Source: Promethearchaeota archaeon
GTDB lineage: Archaea > Asgardarchaeota > Lokiarchaeia > Sigyniarchaeales > SOKP01
Length of the DNA: 64,000 bases
Assembly: GCA_019058445.1 (NCBI GenBank)
Contig: JAHPZA010000010.1
Location: 320,001 to 384,000, forward strand
Direction: 5' to 3'
In this document: piece after piece, positions 49,865 to 59,140 of the stretch
Numbering within the stretch: the stretch's first letter is position 1
Layout: every line of letters starts with the position of its first letter
Program-made: the position numbers and the translations under genes
The notes under the pieces: model-generated
What the model saw: only the letters and a program-made list of their open reading frames with translations
What the model was told of the DNA's origin: nothing
Databases searched by the model: none

Positions 49865-50368
49865 ATTTCTCAACCAAATTATGAAGAAGTCGTTTCCCAA
49901 TTAAAATCAGAATTAAATACTGATTGTGCCATTTCAAATCGTTATGGAATAATACTTGCGAGCTTAATAAAGGAGTTCGCAAAAGGAAAAATCATTCCTC
50001 AAAAAATATTAGAACTGATAAGTGAAAAGGAGCAAATTGCAGAGGAATTAAATTTAAAACAAATTAGTTCATTTGCATTAGAATCTAAAGATTATAATTA
50101 TTTATTTACTTTTAGTGAAGAATTAATTTTAATATCCCGAGTCCCATTAAACGTTAATCTAGCGAAATTCATGCCTAGTATCAGGACGTTAACTCTAAAA
50201 TTAAGCAAAAGCTACCAAGAACAAGAAGGAGGGGGAAAAATAAAAAAATTTTCTGTATTCGATTTTTCAAAGGATATTATAAAAATTGAATCTGCACTAG
50301 AAGAAGAGAATATTGATAAAGAAAGATATGCGATTATTAAAGATTTAATAAAATTCATTTCAAAATAA
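49865..50368 (+). CDS. Roadblock/profilin-like protein (~167 aa), probable ATT start; ORF track shows only the last 65 aa
   Basis: Frame open from 49862 to 50368; SQPNYEEVVSQLKSELNTDCAISNRYGIILAS...YLFTFSEELILISRV; GGAGGT ends 7 nt before ATT 49865. Confidence 0.65.
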   Translation: MSQPNYEEVVSQLKSELNTDCAISNRYGIILASLIKEFAKGKIIPQKILELISEKEQIAEELNLKQISSFALESKDYNYLFTFSEELILISRVPLNVNLAKFMPSIRTLTLKLSKSYQEQEGGGKIKKFSVFDFSKDIIKIESALEEENIDKERYAIIKDLIKFISK

Positions 50369-50386
50369 TAAAAAAGGTGGAAAAAA

Positions 50387-52720
50387 ATACTAAGACAAGT
50401 TTATATCTATAAAGGTGATGATCTTCTTTATTATAGGCATTTTGGTAAAGCATTAAAACAAGATATTTTTTCTAAGCTTGTGAAAGAGTTGATGGAAGAT
50501 GTTTTTGCGAGAAAGAGTATCACATCAATAGAATCACATGACTATTATAAATACAAAATATCGTATACAGCCTCAAAAGAACAAGAATTACTGTTTTTAT
50601 TTGTAACAGGGTTGACAGATTCAATTGATAGTATTAAGAAAGAGTTATTGAGATGTAAAAGAGAATTCCTTAATTTATTTTCAGAGATCCTACAACATAA
50701 ATTTGATGCTAAAACTTTCGAAGTATTTGATCCAACTATTGATACAATACATCGCAATTTAAGACCTAAAATTTCCTTAGTAGGATTTTCTGGAGTTGGA
50801 AAAACTACCATAACGAAATTGATAAAAGCAGAAGAAATTCCCATGAAACATGTTCCCACAATTACAGGAGATATCGCAACCATAAAGATTGGAAAACTAT
50901 ATTTTCATTTATGGGATTTTGCAGGACAAGAACAATTTAGTTATCTATGGAATAACTTTGTTAAAGGGAGTGATGCTGTACTTTTAATTACTGATTCCAC
51001 GCTAGAAAATATAGAGAAAAGCAAATTTTTTCTCGAATTGATAAGAGAAGAAGCACCCCAAGCACATACTGCGGTGATAGGGAATAAACAGGATTTACCT
51101 GAAGCATTAAAACCAATACAAATAGAGAAAATTGTTGGTCTAAAGACCTATTCAATGATTGCCAAAAATAGTCAAAATAGAAATAAAATGATTCAAATTA
51201 TTGCTGATGTTCTTGAGATGTCTGCTGAGGTTTCCCCCCTTCTGAAACCGTTATTAGAGAGAGATAGATTGACTGAAGAAGCTATGAATGCATTGGAAAA
51301 CGCAGAATTTAGCGAAGCATCTTTATTATTTGAAAAAATTTCAGACTTGTGTATTGAATTGGGAGACGACTCACTTGGGAGGGAATTTTATGAAAAATCT
51401 GAAAAAATAAGGCAAATGTTACAAAAAGTTGGAGCTCCAGAACAACCCCCCGTAGTAGCTGATCTTAAAGAACCGATTTCAAAACCTCCAAAAGTAGAAG
51501 CTGTACCAAAAATTGAAGAACCTATTACAAAACCACCAGAGGAAAAACAAGCAGTAGAGGTTGAAGAAGCTCCGATGGAATTGCCTATTGAAACACCTAC
51601 ACTTAAGCCACCTAAATCAGCCCCTAGTCCGGAGCCAGTAAAAGAAGAATCTTCATCTATATTTGAAGAGCTCGGAGAGCTTGAAAGCAAAGAAGAGACG
51701 ATTGAAAAGCCAGCAATACCAATCCAACCTGCAACGGAACTTGAAGCAATATCGACTGTTGAACAGATAGATGTTGTTGAAAAATTGATTGTGGAATCCA
51801 CAGAACCTGCTGAAGAAAAGCCCGAGAAAAAGAAAAAGAAAAAGAAGAAGAAGAAAAAGAAGAAGAAAAAAAAACAAAAAGAAGAACTTGAAGTTCAAGA
51901 AGTAAAATCAATCATTCAACAACCATCATTTCTAAAAAAGGTCGAAATTCCCAAACCAGCTCAAAAAGCTGAACCAATTGAAACCCCCAAACCAATAAAA
52001 ACAGTCCAGGATCAGTCTGAATCTGTACCACCATCGGAAGGAGATATGGAGTGGATACACCCAAAAGTAAGAGAAATAAAAAAAGAACAAAGATTTGAAA
52101 AAATAGCAGAAACTTTAAAAGCGGAAGAAGAAAAAGCAACAATTAAACTACCACGAGACAAAACTAGTCTCCCAATCAATATAGAGGAGTTCATGGTGAA
52201 ACAAAGACCTAAAACAATAACGACCGTTCCTAAAGATGCTAAAGCAAAGTTAAAAACTTCTGCATATGGACATGTTACAAATGTACCTCAAGCTACTGCA
52301 GAAAAACCTCCAGCTCCACCAAAATTAGAAAAAACAATACCGAAACCAGTTGCTCCAACTAAACTAATGGAACCGGAGATTACCAAGGTACTTGAAAAGC
52401 CAAAAATTCCTCCAGCTCCGGACATTTCTGAACTGTCTGAAGAATTGGAAGCTCCTGAAGTTCATGAGCCCGTAGTTGAAACTCAAGAGCCCAAAAAAGC
52501 TCCAATAAGTGCGCAGCGAAAAACGTTAGAAGATTCTCTGATGGATTTTAAAATTAAAAAAGCTAAGCTTCAAAAAATGGCATTAGATTTTGATATGCAG
52601 GAACTATCAGGAGAAATAACATCTGAAGAACTTAAAGAAAAGAAGATGAAATTAAGCGAGTTAGAGAAAAAAATCGAGGAACAAATTAACCAAGCCGAAA
52701 AAATGTTAGAAGATTTGTAA
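50387..52720 (+). CDS. Longin-like domain + Arf-like small GTPase + helical hairpin + Pro-rich/poly-Lys linker + C-terminal coiled coil; probable ATA start
   Basis: G1 GFSGVGKTT, G2 PTI, G3 WDFAGQ, G4 NKQD; frame open upstream of GTG 50480 to ATA 50387 (LRQVYIYKGDDLLYYRHFG), with AGGTGG ending 6 nt before. Confidence 0.8.
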   Translation: MLRQVYIYKGDDLLYYRHFGKALKQDIFSKLVKELMEDVFARKSITSIESHDYYKYKISYTASKEQELLFLFVTGLTDSIDSIKKELLRCKREFLNLFSEILQHKFDAKTFEVFDPTIDTIHRNLRPKISLVGFSGVGKTTITKLIKAEEIPMKHVPTITGDIATIKIGKLYFHLWDFAGQEQFSYLWNNFVKGSDAVLLITDSTLENIEKSKFFLELIREEAPQAHTAVIGNKQDLPEALKPIQIEKIVGLKTYSMIAKNSQNRNKMIQIIADVLEMSAEVSPLLKPLLERDRLTEEAMNALENAEFSEASLLFEKISDLCIELGDDSLGREFYEKSEKIRQMLQKVGAPEQPPVVADLKEPISKPPKVEAVPKIEEPITKPPEEKQAVEVEEAPMELPIETPTLKPPKSAPSPEPVKEESSSIFEELGELESKEETIEKPAIPIQPATELEAISTVEQIDVVEKLIVESTEPAEEKPEKKKKKKKKKKKKKKKKQKEELEVQEVKSIIQQPSFLKKVEIPKPAQKAEPIETPKPIKTVQDQSESVPPSEGDMEWIHPKVREIKKEQRFEKIAETLKAEEEKATIKLPRDKTSLPINIEEFMVKQRPKTITTVPKDAKAKLKTSAYGHVTNVPQATAEKPPAPPKLEKTIPKPVAPTKLMEPEITKVLEKPKIPPAPDISELSEELEAPEVHEPVVETQEPKKAPISAQRKTLEDSLMDFKIKKAKLQKMALDFDMQELSGEITSEELKEKKMKLSELEKKIEEQINQAEKMLEDL
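51827..51874 (+). repeat. 16 consecutive Lys codons (9 AAG, 7 AAA)
   Basis: Counted directly in frame. Confidence 0.9.
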
Positions 52721-52748
52721 TAAAGAACGAGTAATAACTCAAATCTAT

Positions 52749-53621
52749 TTATATAATATTTTTTAAATATATATCAGGAACAGCTACTTCTCCTATTTTT
52801 ATATTTTTCTTACCACCATGATAATCTGAACCGCCAGACTTAATTAAGTTATACCTTTCTGTTAAACTCGCATAATAAGTAGGAAAAAATGTTTGTGCCC
52901 ATTCTTTTTTATCTGAATTTTCCCAGGGTCTATTTTTTGCGTAAGGATACTCGATTTCAATTCCTCTTATACCGGCTGTTTTACAAAACTCAATAAATTT
53001 CGCTCTATCTGAAACATCATAAATTCCGGGATGCGCCAGTATTGGAATTCCTCCACTAGCTTCTATTAATTCAATAGATTCTTCTAAATTCAATTCAAAT
53101 TCTCTATCCACATACGCAATTCCTCCCAAACTAATCATTTTAAATAACTCATTCTTTGTTTTTCCTTTAACTTTAGTTGGGTTATTTTTTTCCATGATTT
53201 CAACAATATGGGGGCGACCAACTGTTTTTCCTTTTGCTACTGCCTTAACTTCTTCATAATTAATGATATATCCTAGCTCATCTCTCAGTCTTTTACAAAT
53301 ATCTTTTTTTTGGTTCAATCTCCCCTCTAATTGTCGATTGAGGATCTTAATTAATTCTGTGGATGTATAATCTATATTTAATCCCACAATATGAACATCC
53401 TCTAATTCTCTTTCTGGTTCATGCCTTATTGAGATTTCAATTCCTGGAATCGCAATTATTTCCCTTTCTTCTCCATAATTTAAAAACTCCTTAATACCAT
53501 CAATCGAATCATGATCCGTAAGCGCTATCGCTTTTAGATTTAGTTTAGAAGCTTTATCTATCAATTCAGAGGGAGTATCTAACCCATCAGAGCAAGTCGA
53601 ATGGAGATGCAAGTCTATCAT
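52749..53621 (-). CDS. PHP-domain phosphoesterase
   Basis: DLHLHSTCSDG, ALTDHD, GIEIS, GRPH, LAHP, GGSDYHG; ATG 53621 preferred over TTG 53672. Confidence 0.9.
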   Translation of the reverse strand: MIDLHLHSTCSDGLDTPSELIDKASKLNLKAIALTDHDSIDGIKEFLNYGEEREIIAIPGIEISIRHEPERELEDVHIVGLNIDYTSTELIKILNRQLEGRLNQKKDICKRLRDELGYIINYEEVKAVAKGKTVGRPHIVEIMEKNNPTKVKGKTKNELFKMISLGGIAYVDREFELNLEESIELIEASGGIPILAHPGIYDVSDRAKFIEFCKTAGIRGIEIEYPYAKNRPWENSDKKEWAQTFFPTYYASLTERYNLIKSGGSDYHGGKKNIKIGEVAVPDIYLKNII

Positions 53622-53743
53622 TAAGACATGAAATTCATGAAATAATAAGACTTTTACTATAAGCGATTCCAAAAAGTTTTTAGTTCATCGAGCCTTTTAG
53701 ATCTAAAAAAGATGATAAAAAATTAAGTTCTAAGGGGAATTAA

Positions 53744-55174
53744 TTGATTGTTGTAATGAAATTTGGAGGCAGTTGTTTAGTTGATGAGAAGGCGTTTAGT
53801 AAAATTCTTGATATCACTAATCTATATAAAAATGACCAAAAAATATATGTTGCTTCAGCATTTAATGGAATTACTGATTTATTATTGAATACAGCGAGTA
53901 ATTTAAAAGATTCCAAAAAGATTATTGACAATCTAGCCCTGATTGAAAAAAAACATTTTGATGTAATTGAACAGATATTTGATGAGAACTCCAGCCAACT
54001 TGAACGATCCAAAAATTGGGTTGAAAAACAATTAAGCGAATTAGAAGATGCGTTTGAAGATATGAAAGAATTTGGTCCTGAACCTTATTATATAGATTAC
54101 GTGTCAGGTTTTGGAGAAATAATATCAACCTATATATTGAGTGAATATTTGCGTAGTAACGGATTTGATTCAGTTTATATTCCGGCAAACAAGCTGATTA
54201 TCACAAATGACAATTACAATAATGCCTATCCATTGTATAAGTTAACAAACGCTCGTATGAAAAATAAAATTTTACCACTACTGGAAGGTTTTGATAAAAA
54301 CTTTATTTTTTGCATTACAGGTTTTATAGGAAGAAATAAAATGGGTTACACAACCACTCTTGGAAGGGGTGGTTCAGATTACACTGCAACTATAATTGCC
54401 CATTCACTATATGAAGTTGGTACAGTAAAGGATATTAAAGTTATCCTTTGGAAAGATGTTGATGGCTTACTCGCAATTAATCCTAAGTATGTTGCTGATG
54501 CTTCATTAATTAGAAGTTTAGATTATCGAGAAGCTAAAGAAATTGCAAACTTCGGTGTAAAAGTTCTTCATCCAAAATGTCTAGAAGCATTAGAACAAAA
54601 TCAAATCCCTCTCGAAATCAGAAATTTTGATAATCCCGTTGAAAATATAAACTTTACACGAATTTCAGATAAAACTGATAAAGAACAGATTAAAGGTATA
54701 TCTACTATAGAGGAAGCTACAATAATCAACGTAAGTTCTGGTAGTATGGTCGACGTTCCCGGAGTATTAGGCAAAATATTTAAAGTAATGGGAAAAAATA
54801 AGATAAGCGTGTCTTTAGTATCTCAAAGTGCTTCTGAAGTTAGCACATCTCTTGTCGTTAATCAAGAAGACGCCGATAAGGCAATTAATGCCCTCACTAA
54901 TTCAAAATACTTTAAAGAATTTTTCGAGATTGAATATGAAAAAGTTGCTATAATAAATATTACTGGACTTAAAATCTTAGAAAATAAAACCAAATCACAG
55001 ATTTTCAGTGCTTTAGATAAAAAAAATATTCATGTGAAAGCCCTTTCGCAAAGTTATGAAGAATTAAATCTCTCTCTAGTAATTGATAAAGAGAATTTAA
55101 TTGAAGCAATTAATTTGATCCATAATGAATTATGTGAAGACTTTGAATCAATTAAGTGTAAAGATAATAATTAA
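53744..55174 (+). CDS. lysC: Aspartate kinase with ACT domains
   Basis: VMKFGGS, TTLGRGGSDYTA, KDVDG, KVLHP, C-terminal ACT repeats. Confidence 0.92.
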   Translation: MIVVMKFGGSCLVDEKAFSKILDITNLYKNDQKIYVASAFNGITDLLLNTASNLKDSKKIIDNLALIEKKHFDVIEQIFDENSSQLERSKNWVEKQLSELEDAFEDMKEFGPEPYYIDYVSGFGEIISTYILSEYLRSNGFDSVYIPANKLIITNDNYNNAYPLYKLTNARMKNKILPLLEGFDKNFIFCITGFIGRNKMGYTTTLGRGGSDYTATIIAHSLYEVGTVKDIKVILWKDVDGLLAINPKYVADASLIRSLDYREAKEIANFGVKVLHPKCLEALEQNQIPLEIRNFDNPVENINFTRISDKTDKEQIKGISTIEEATIINVSSGSMVDVPGVLGKIFKVMGKNKISVSLVSQSASEVSTSLVVNQEDADKAINALTNSKYFKEFFEIEYEKVAIINITGLKILENKTKSQIFSALDKKNIHVKALSQSYEELNLSLVIDKENLIEAINLIHNELCEDFESIKCKDNN

Positions 55175-55275
55175 TTTCATCTATTTCTGTCTTTTTTTCA
55201 TAAAAAATAATCAAAATAGAATATTTATTAATTCTAAAGAAATTAATTAAGATAAAAAGAGTATTTTATTGAACT

Positions 55276-55800
55276 TTATGTTCTAGAGGCTATTATTCGA
55301 CGAGTAAGTTCTGTAAATGCTTCATCTACGTTTTCACCCGTTTTTGCTGAAGTCTCAATGTAAATACTACCCTCATTTTCAGCATAGGCCCGTGCCTCTG
55401 ATCGATCAATTACCTCCCCAACATCCTCAAGTAAATCAGCTTTGTTTCCAATTAATACAAAAGGAATATTTTCCCCGGCAAATTGTCTTATTTCAGTCAA
55501 CCATTTTCTAGTTTCTGTATAGGTTTGTTCTCTTGTAAGGTCAAAAACTAATAATGCTCCAGCAGCTCCTTTGTAAAAAGTACTTCTTATAAACTCAAAA
55601 CGTTGTTGTCCTCCTATGTCCCATATTGAGAGTGTAGCCATTTGTCCAGGAGTAAATTCCACATCCTTAGTGAGGATATCTACACCTACTGTAAGCTTGT
55701 AATTTGCTTGAAATCGATTTTTGATGAATCTCTGAACCAATGACGTCTTACCGACAGCAGCCGCTCCCGTTAAAAGAACTTTCAGTTTAAAACTACTCAT
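55276..55800 (-). CDS. Rab-like small GTPase, no C-terminal prenylation motif
   Basis: GAAAVGKTS, TVGVD, IWDIGGQQRF, FYKGA, NKAD, ETSAK. Confidence 0.93.
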   Translation of the reverse strand: MSSFKLKVLLTGAAAVGKTSLVQRFIKNRFQANYKLTVGVDILTKDVEFTPGQMATLSIWDIGGQQRFEFIRSTFYKGAAGALLVFDLTREQTYTETRKWLTEIRQFAGENIPFVLIGNKADLLEDVGEVIDRSEARAYAENEGSIYIETSAKTGENVDEAFTELTRRIIASRT

Positions 55801-56017
55801 CCAATTTCACTTTCGATTTTTAAAATTTTTAATTAGTTTAATAATTTAATAAATTTAATGCTATATAAAATATTATATAACCAATTTTATTTAAGAATTT
55901 ATTTATGAACGATATATTTATATACAAGGATTTCAATAGTATTTGAAATCCTATCAAAATAAATGGGATTGAAGAGAAAAGAGATCTAGACCTTAAAAAA
56001 GGTATTATTTCTTATTT

Positions 56018-57985
56018 TTATCTCTTGGGAATATTAGTATATTCTTTTAAGCTTGGAAAATATTCAAGGTTGAGATGGGGGAAGTACATTGCTTCGGCAT
56101 ACTCTCTCTGGAAAGTTTTATCTGTCGCAATTTCAACATATTTTATCCGATTTAGTAGATCCTGCGCAGTTTGTCTATAATCCTTATTAAGCAAGCAAAT
56201 TTGAGCTCCAGTTCCCGCAGCATTACCAATTTGAAAGATTTTTTCATTAGGGATATCAGGTATCATCCCGATAAATTTTGTATTTTCTTTATCAATGTAA
56301 TTTCCAAAAGCTCCAGCGAGAAATATTTGTTTTATGTCTAAATCCATACTATCATTAATGGATTTTAACTTCTTTAAGATTATTCTCATACCAGAATAGA
56401 AAGCTGCTTTTGCCATTTGCATTTGTCTTATATCATTTTGCGACAAGGAAATTTCTCTGCCGATAGAAGTTTCTTCTTTTTTAGCGATTACAAATTCTAA
56501 TTTATGATCTGTTCTTATGAGTCTTTCATTATCAATTGAATTTTTATTGAAATTACCGCTTCTCATAATTATTTTGGCTTTTAACATTTCAGCAATTGCA
56601 TCTACTAATCCAGAACCACAAATACCGATCGGTTTTTTATTTTTTATTGTTGCATAGGTTACATCTAATGTATCAGGTTCTATTTTAATTCTTTCAATGG
56701 CTCCTGCAGCAGCTCTCATTCCATCTTTAATATGTGCCCCTTCTAACGCAGAACCCGCAGCACAAGATCCCGTTGCCAATATATTTTGATTTCCGATAAC
56801 TAATTCTCCATTAGTCCCGATATCAATAGCTAAAGTTAATTCTTTTTCATCTTCAATTTTAGACGAGAGAATTACACCCATCGTATCGGCACCTACAAAA
56901 CCAGCGACCAATGGTGCGGAATACACATTTCCTCTATGACATATGTTTAAATCTAAGCCTTTAGCTTTATAATTTAATCCTTTTTGAACTAGGGGTACAT
57001 AAGGACTTAATCCAATATTAATTGGATTCAATCCTAAAAATATATGATGCATTACTGAGTTTCCTACAACCGTCGCTTCATAAATTTGGGAGGGTTGAAT
57101 TTTAGCTTTTTCACATGTCTTTACAATAATATCATTTAATCCTTCTAATACCGCAGCATTTAGTTTTTCAAGGCCATTCTCATGATTTCTAATATAAGTT
57201 ATTCGAGTAATTAGATCTTCCCCGTATGCAGTTTGTTGATTAAGTTTAGAAGCAAGAGAGTATATTTTACCGTTATTCAAATTCATTAAATATCCTACAA
57301 TAGTAGTTGTACCAATATCAAAAGCGATACCATAATTATGTTGAATAAGATCTCCTGTCTCAACATCAATAATTTCTTTTTCGTTCCAAATTGTAATTGT
57401 TATTTTATGATCACTTTCACGTAAAATCCTAGATAATTTGTTGAGCAGATTGATATCAATATATAAGGATTCATTACACATCTGAGTATTCTGATATGTT
57501 TTAATTGCATTTAATACTCTTTCAAAATCTGAAATCGGTTTTTCTAATGAAGGTTTCTCAACCTCTAAATAGATTTTTTTTACAGTTGGATTTAAGTTTA
57601 TTTCTTTTTGAGCTCCAGAGGTCAATATTTTAAAATCTTCTAATAAAAAATCTTCAGGTAAAAATATCCTAAATTGGGGCTTATCCTTTTTTTCTAATGA
57701 TTTTAAAAAAGTACTGTCAATTTTAGCTCTACATGCTAATCTCCATCCATTAGCAAGATCATTTTCGCTCAATAGCTTTTGTTCATCATTAGTTGGAGGA
57801 ATTAAATATTCGCTTCCTTTTTGAATTAAAATTTTGCATTTTCCACATGTTCCTGAGCCACCACATAGAGATTGAATAGGAACATTTATTTTTAATAAAA
57901 TTTCATAAAATGTTTTATCAAGATAATAAACCCTGCGTGAGATTGGTTCAAAGTCTATTAATATGTTCTTATTTTGGTTTTCCAT
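56018..57985 (-). CDS. RACo/ASKHA ATP-dependent corrinoid reductive activator with N-terminal [2Fe-2S] domain
   Basis: CGGSGTCGKC...RLAC, DIGTT, DIGTNGE, SCAAGSALEG, GICGSG, LAGAFG, GNAAG. Confidence 0.9.
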   Translation of the reverse strand: MENQNKNILIDFEPISRRVYYLDKTFYEILLKINVPIQSLCGGSGTCGKCKILIQKGSEYLIPPTNDEQKLLSENDLANGWRLACRAKIDSTFLKSLEKKDKPQFRIFLPEDFLLEDFKILTSGAQKEINLNPTVKKIYLEVEKPSLEKPISDFERVLNAIKTYQNTQMCNESLYIDINLLNKLSRILRESDHKITITIWNEKEIIDVETGDLIQHNYGIAFDIGTTTIVGYLMNLNNGKIYSLASKLNQQTAYGEDLITRITYIRNHENGLEKLNAAVLEGLNDIIVKTCEKAKIQPSQIYEATVVGNSVMHHIFLGLNPINIGLSPYVPLVQKGLNYKAKGLDLNICHRGNVYSAPLVAGFVGADTMGVILSSKIEDEKELTLAIDIGTNGELVIGNQNILATGSCAAGSALEGAHIKDGMRAAAGAIERIKIEPDTLDVTYATIKNKKPIGICGSGLVDAIAEMLKAKIIMRSGNFNKNSIDNERLIRTDHKLEFVIAKKEETSIGREISLSQNDIRQMQMAKAAFYSGMRIILKKLKSINDSMDLDIKQIFLAGAFGNYIDKENTKFIGMIPDIPNEKIFQIGNAAGTGAQICLLNKDYRQTAQDLLNRIKYVEIATDKTFQREYAEAMYFPHLNLEYFPSLKEYTNIPKR

Positions 57986-57997
57986 ATCAAACTCTCA

Positions 57998-58840
57998 CTA
58001 TAATTTTGCTAACTTCTTTACTTGTTCAATCATTTCAGTTTTTATATCCTCACGTTTTACATTTTCAAAGGAAACGTTATCTAAATTCTCCAATGTTGTC
58101 TCAATTATTCTTTTATAATCCTTTCCAGAATTATATTCTTCAATAAATCTCTCTTTAGCGTCCCTTAATGTTTTTTCAACCAAATCGTAGTTTTCATAAA
58201 TCACGCCTCTATATTTGTAATTAACTAAAACTGTAATGGCTGAATCATAAGCTCCGCCACGTGCTTTAGAATCTATAATTTGGAAGAGATACACAATTCC
58301 TAAAGAGTTTAGATCAATATAGGGCTGAAATGAAATCATTTCGCTACTTGCTCCAGAACTTTCGACAGAGAGAAGAAGTAAACTCTTCATAGAAATTTTA
58401 AATGCATCATTGTCATCAAAATCTTCTGGTAAATAGTAAATAGGAACTGGACCCTCATCCAATGCCATTGAAAATATTACTGAATTGATTTTTACTTTTT
58501 TAGTCCTTTTCTTTTTATCAAATTTATACATAATATCTGCTTTATAAGCTGCCGAGATCTCATTAAACTTATTTTTAAGAACGGTTCTTGGAACTTCTCC
58601 AACTAAGAATATAAAAAAATCAAAGGTTAGCCTAAAAATGATTAGATTTCTTACAATAATAACACTCCCGATTTCCATATCATTGATAACTGTCTTTAAA
58701 ATTCTTAAAATTTTAATTCTTCCAAAATTTTTATCGTCCAAACTTGTTTCAATTATCTTACCATTTGAGAGAATAAGTGCCCATTGAGAACAAATTGAAT
58801 TCAATATTTTCGAAATCTTTATAATCATGATATTATGCAA
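57998..58840 (-). CDS. Two-domain protein: roadblock/profilin-like N-terminus plus longin/uDENN-like C-terminus
   Basis: WALILSNGKIIETS; VIFSMALDEGPVP...YLFQIIDSKARGGAYDSAITVLV resembles the uDENN F-D-x3-GP...ARG pattern. Confidence 0.5.
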   Translation of the reverse strand: MHNIMIIKISKILNSICSQWALILSNGKIIETSLDDKNFGRIKILRILKTVINDMEIGSVIIVRNLIIFRLTFDFFIFLVGEVPRTVLKNKFNEISAAYKADIMYKFDKKKRTKKVKINSVIFSMALDEGPVPIYYLPEDFDDNDAFKISMKSLLLLSVESSGASSEMISFQPYIDLNSLGIVYLFQIIDSKARGGAYDSAITVLVNYKYRGVIYENYDLVEKTLRDAKERFIEEYNSGKDYKRIIETTLENLDNVSFENVKREDIKTEMIEQVKKLAKL

Positions 58841-59140
58841 TTTATATGATAATAATCTAAATTTAATTAAAGCTTTAAATTACTTAGATTTTTTAGTTTT
58901 GATTAATCATTATACGTCTTTTTTTCACATGTTTGTCGCTAATTAATTATTAGAGATTAAGAGCCTTTTTTTTCTAGTAGCAAGAACTCGAACTCCTCAA
59001 AATTTTGAATCCAAAATTAAAAATAATAAAACTTTCCTATGTATTATAATAGAATGTATATTTACATTCACAAATATAATTGTTTTTTTCAACACTTCTG
59101 ATTAATAAAGTAAAAATTTCGTAAGAGGGTTGATTTTAAA

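Noticed and set aside
49858-49884. ATG directly after GGAGGT as the roadblock start
   Set aside because: Zero SD spacing, different frame, stops after 8 codons
58854-59069. Inverted repeats between the divergent 57998 and 59141 genes (imperfect 58854-58890; GAATGTA-N4-TACATTC 59052-59069)
   Set aside because: Plausible operators but expected by chance in such AT-rich DNA; no second copy seen
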